Shown here: in pieces, positions 62,983-64,000 of the stretch
How positions within the stretch are numbered: position 1 is the stretch's first letter
Layout of the letters: every line of letters begins with the position of its first letter
NCBI RefSeq assembly: GCF_009914755.1
Contig: NC_060935.1
Length of the DNA stretch: 64,000 nt
Origin: the human T2T-CHM13v2.0 reference genome, Homo sapiens
Strand: one strand, 5' to 3'
Made by a program: the position numbers and the translations under genes
Notes under the pieces: model-generated
What the model saw: only the letters and a program-made list of their open reading frames with translations
What the model was told of the DNA's origin: nothing
The model's database searches: none

Positions 62983-63250
62983 CATATAAGAACATGAGCA
63001 TTGCTCTTCTGGGTCAAATCCATCTGACCTAGTCTTTGGTTGCCATCACCATGCCTAAGATACCACCATTGGAGGCTACAACCATCTTCCTTGACGTCAA
63101 TCCTAAAGGTCAGGTGTAGCTTCTCTTAGTAGCTATTTATGGCTGCCTTGTCATTCACAGATTTGCCAAAATCCTTTTTGAATCCATTTCCATTTCCAGG
63201 AAGTATCCTTTTTAGGGGTGATGAATGACAAGTTTATAATCTCCTGGGCT
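62983..63250 (-). mobile_element. Ancient CR1/L3 3' fragment
   Basis: ataagaacatgagcattgctcttctgggtca...tagctatttatgg...tttttgaatcca resembles the antisense CR1 3' end. Confidence 0.5.
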
Positions 63251-64000
63251 CCTGGAAATCTGGTCTTTTGGAGAGAGGTTGTTGGTTGTGAAGATAGGAA
63301 GATGGCAGAAGGCTTTGTAGTGGTGAGGCCAGGTCTAGACCTAGCTCTGCGTTTTTCAGCTCTGTCACCATTGACATCGTTTTTTTCATCGTAAGCCTTA
63401 ACTTCTTCATTTTTAAAACTAGGCACTTCAGTGAGCTCTTTCTGGATTGTTGCGCTCTTTAAAAAATTCTTTTATTCTTTGTGTACCCACTTATATCTTC
63501 ATGAAGTCCTTTTGGTTAATTGAATTTTGCTGTTTTGGAATCTGGATTGGCAGTTCAGCCAGTTAAGTAGGGGGTCAGTTTGATTTGATTCTGTGTGTTC
63601 TGACTTTTTTTTTTTTTTTAAATACTTTAACCTGCTTAGGGTTACTGAGCCATCTGGGATCTAGACTGAACTCTTGGAACTTTTGAAGATGATTTCCTTT
63701 ATTTTATTTTCAATGGAGGAAAGTTGCCCACTCTTTCATCTCAGTGAGAAGTCCCATTTTAATTTGCCATCACTATTGGATGGAGCCGCTAATTGCTGGG
63801 AGGGAGAAAGCTATAGTTTAGCAACATGTTTTCCTCCTGCTCGTTCTAGGAAAACTATTATGAATCTTTAAAATAGTGATTATCCTAAACTGTTAAAATC
63901 AAATTCTATTCACAGCTCTTTGATTTCTTGCTAATTCAGGAGAGAAACTTTTCCAATCACTTTAATTTTTTTTATTAATTTAAAGCAAGCCCTGCTGAAA

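Overview
Primate, almost certainly human, genomic DNA; a human-specific AluYb8 is present. It covers about 52 kb of repeat-rich intergenic sequence upstream of ZBTB16 (PLZF; 11q23 by established knowledge). This is followed by the ZBTB16 CpG-island promoter, non-coding exon 1 (donor after 52237), intron 1, the large coding exon 2 (55567-56924: BTB domain, RD2 region, start of zinc finger 1) and the first 7 kb of intron 2. The ZBTB16 exon is the only protein-coding sequence I can support; the other ORFs are Alu-derived, GC-rich chance ORFs, or unrecognisable. I found no convincing new biological system. The most unusual observations are: (1) a ~275-bp inverted duplication of apparently non-TE sequence (40569-40842 vs 42074-42654) that can be dated by flanking Alus; (2) two uORFs in the ZBTB16 5'UTR, one overlapping the main AUG; (3) a near-intact AluYb8 in intron 2 that may be polymorphic; (4) an orphan CpG-rich patch with a near-consensus CTCF site ~23 kb upstream; (5) a closely spaced tail-to-tail inverted Alu pair in which one Alu has no poly(A) tail; (6) several TE-free, homeobox-motif-rich blocks that look like developmental enhancers. 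Repeat subfamily calls were made by eye and most boundaries are approximate.
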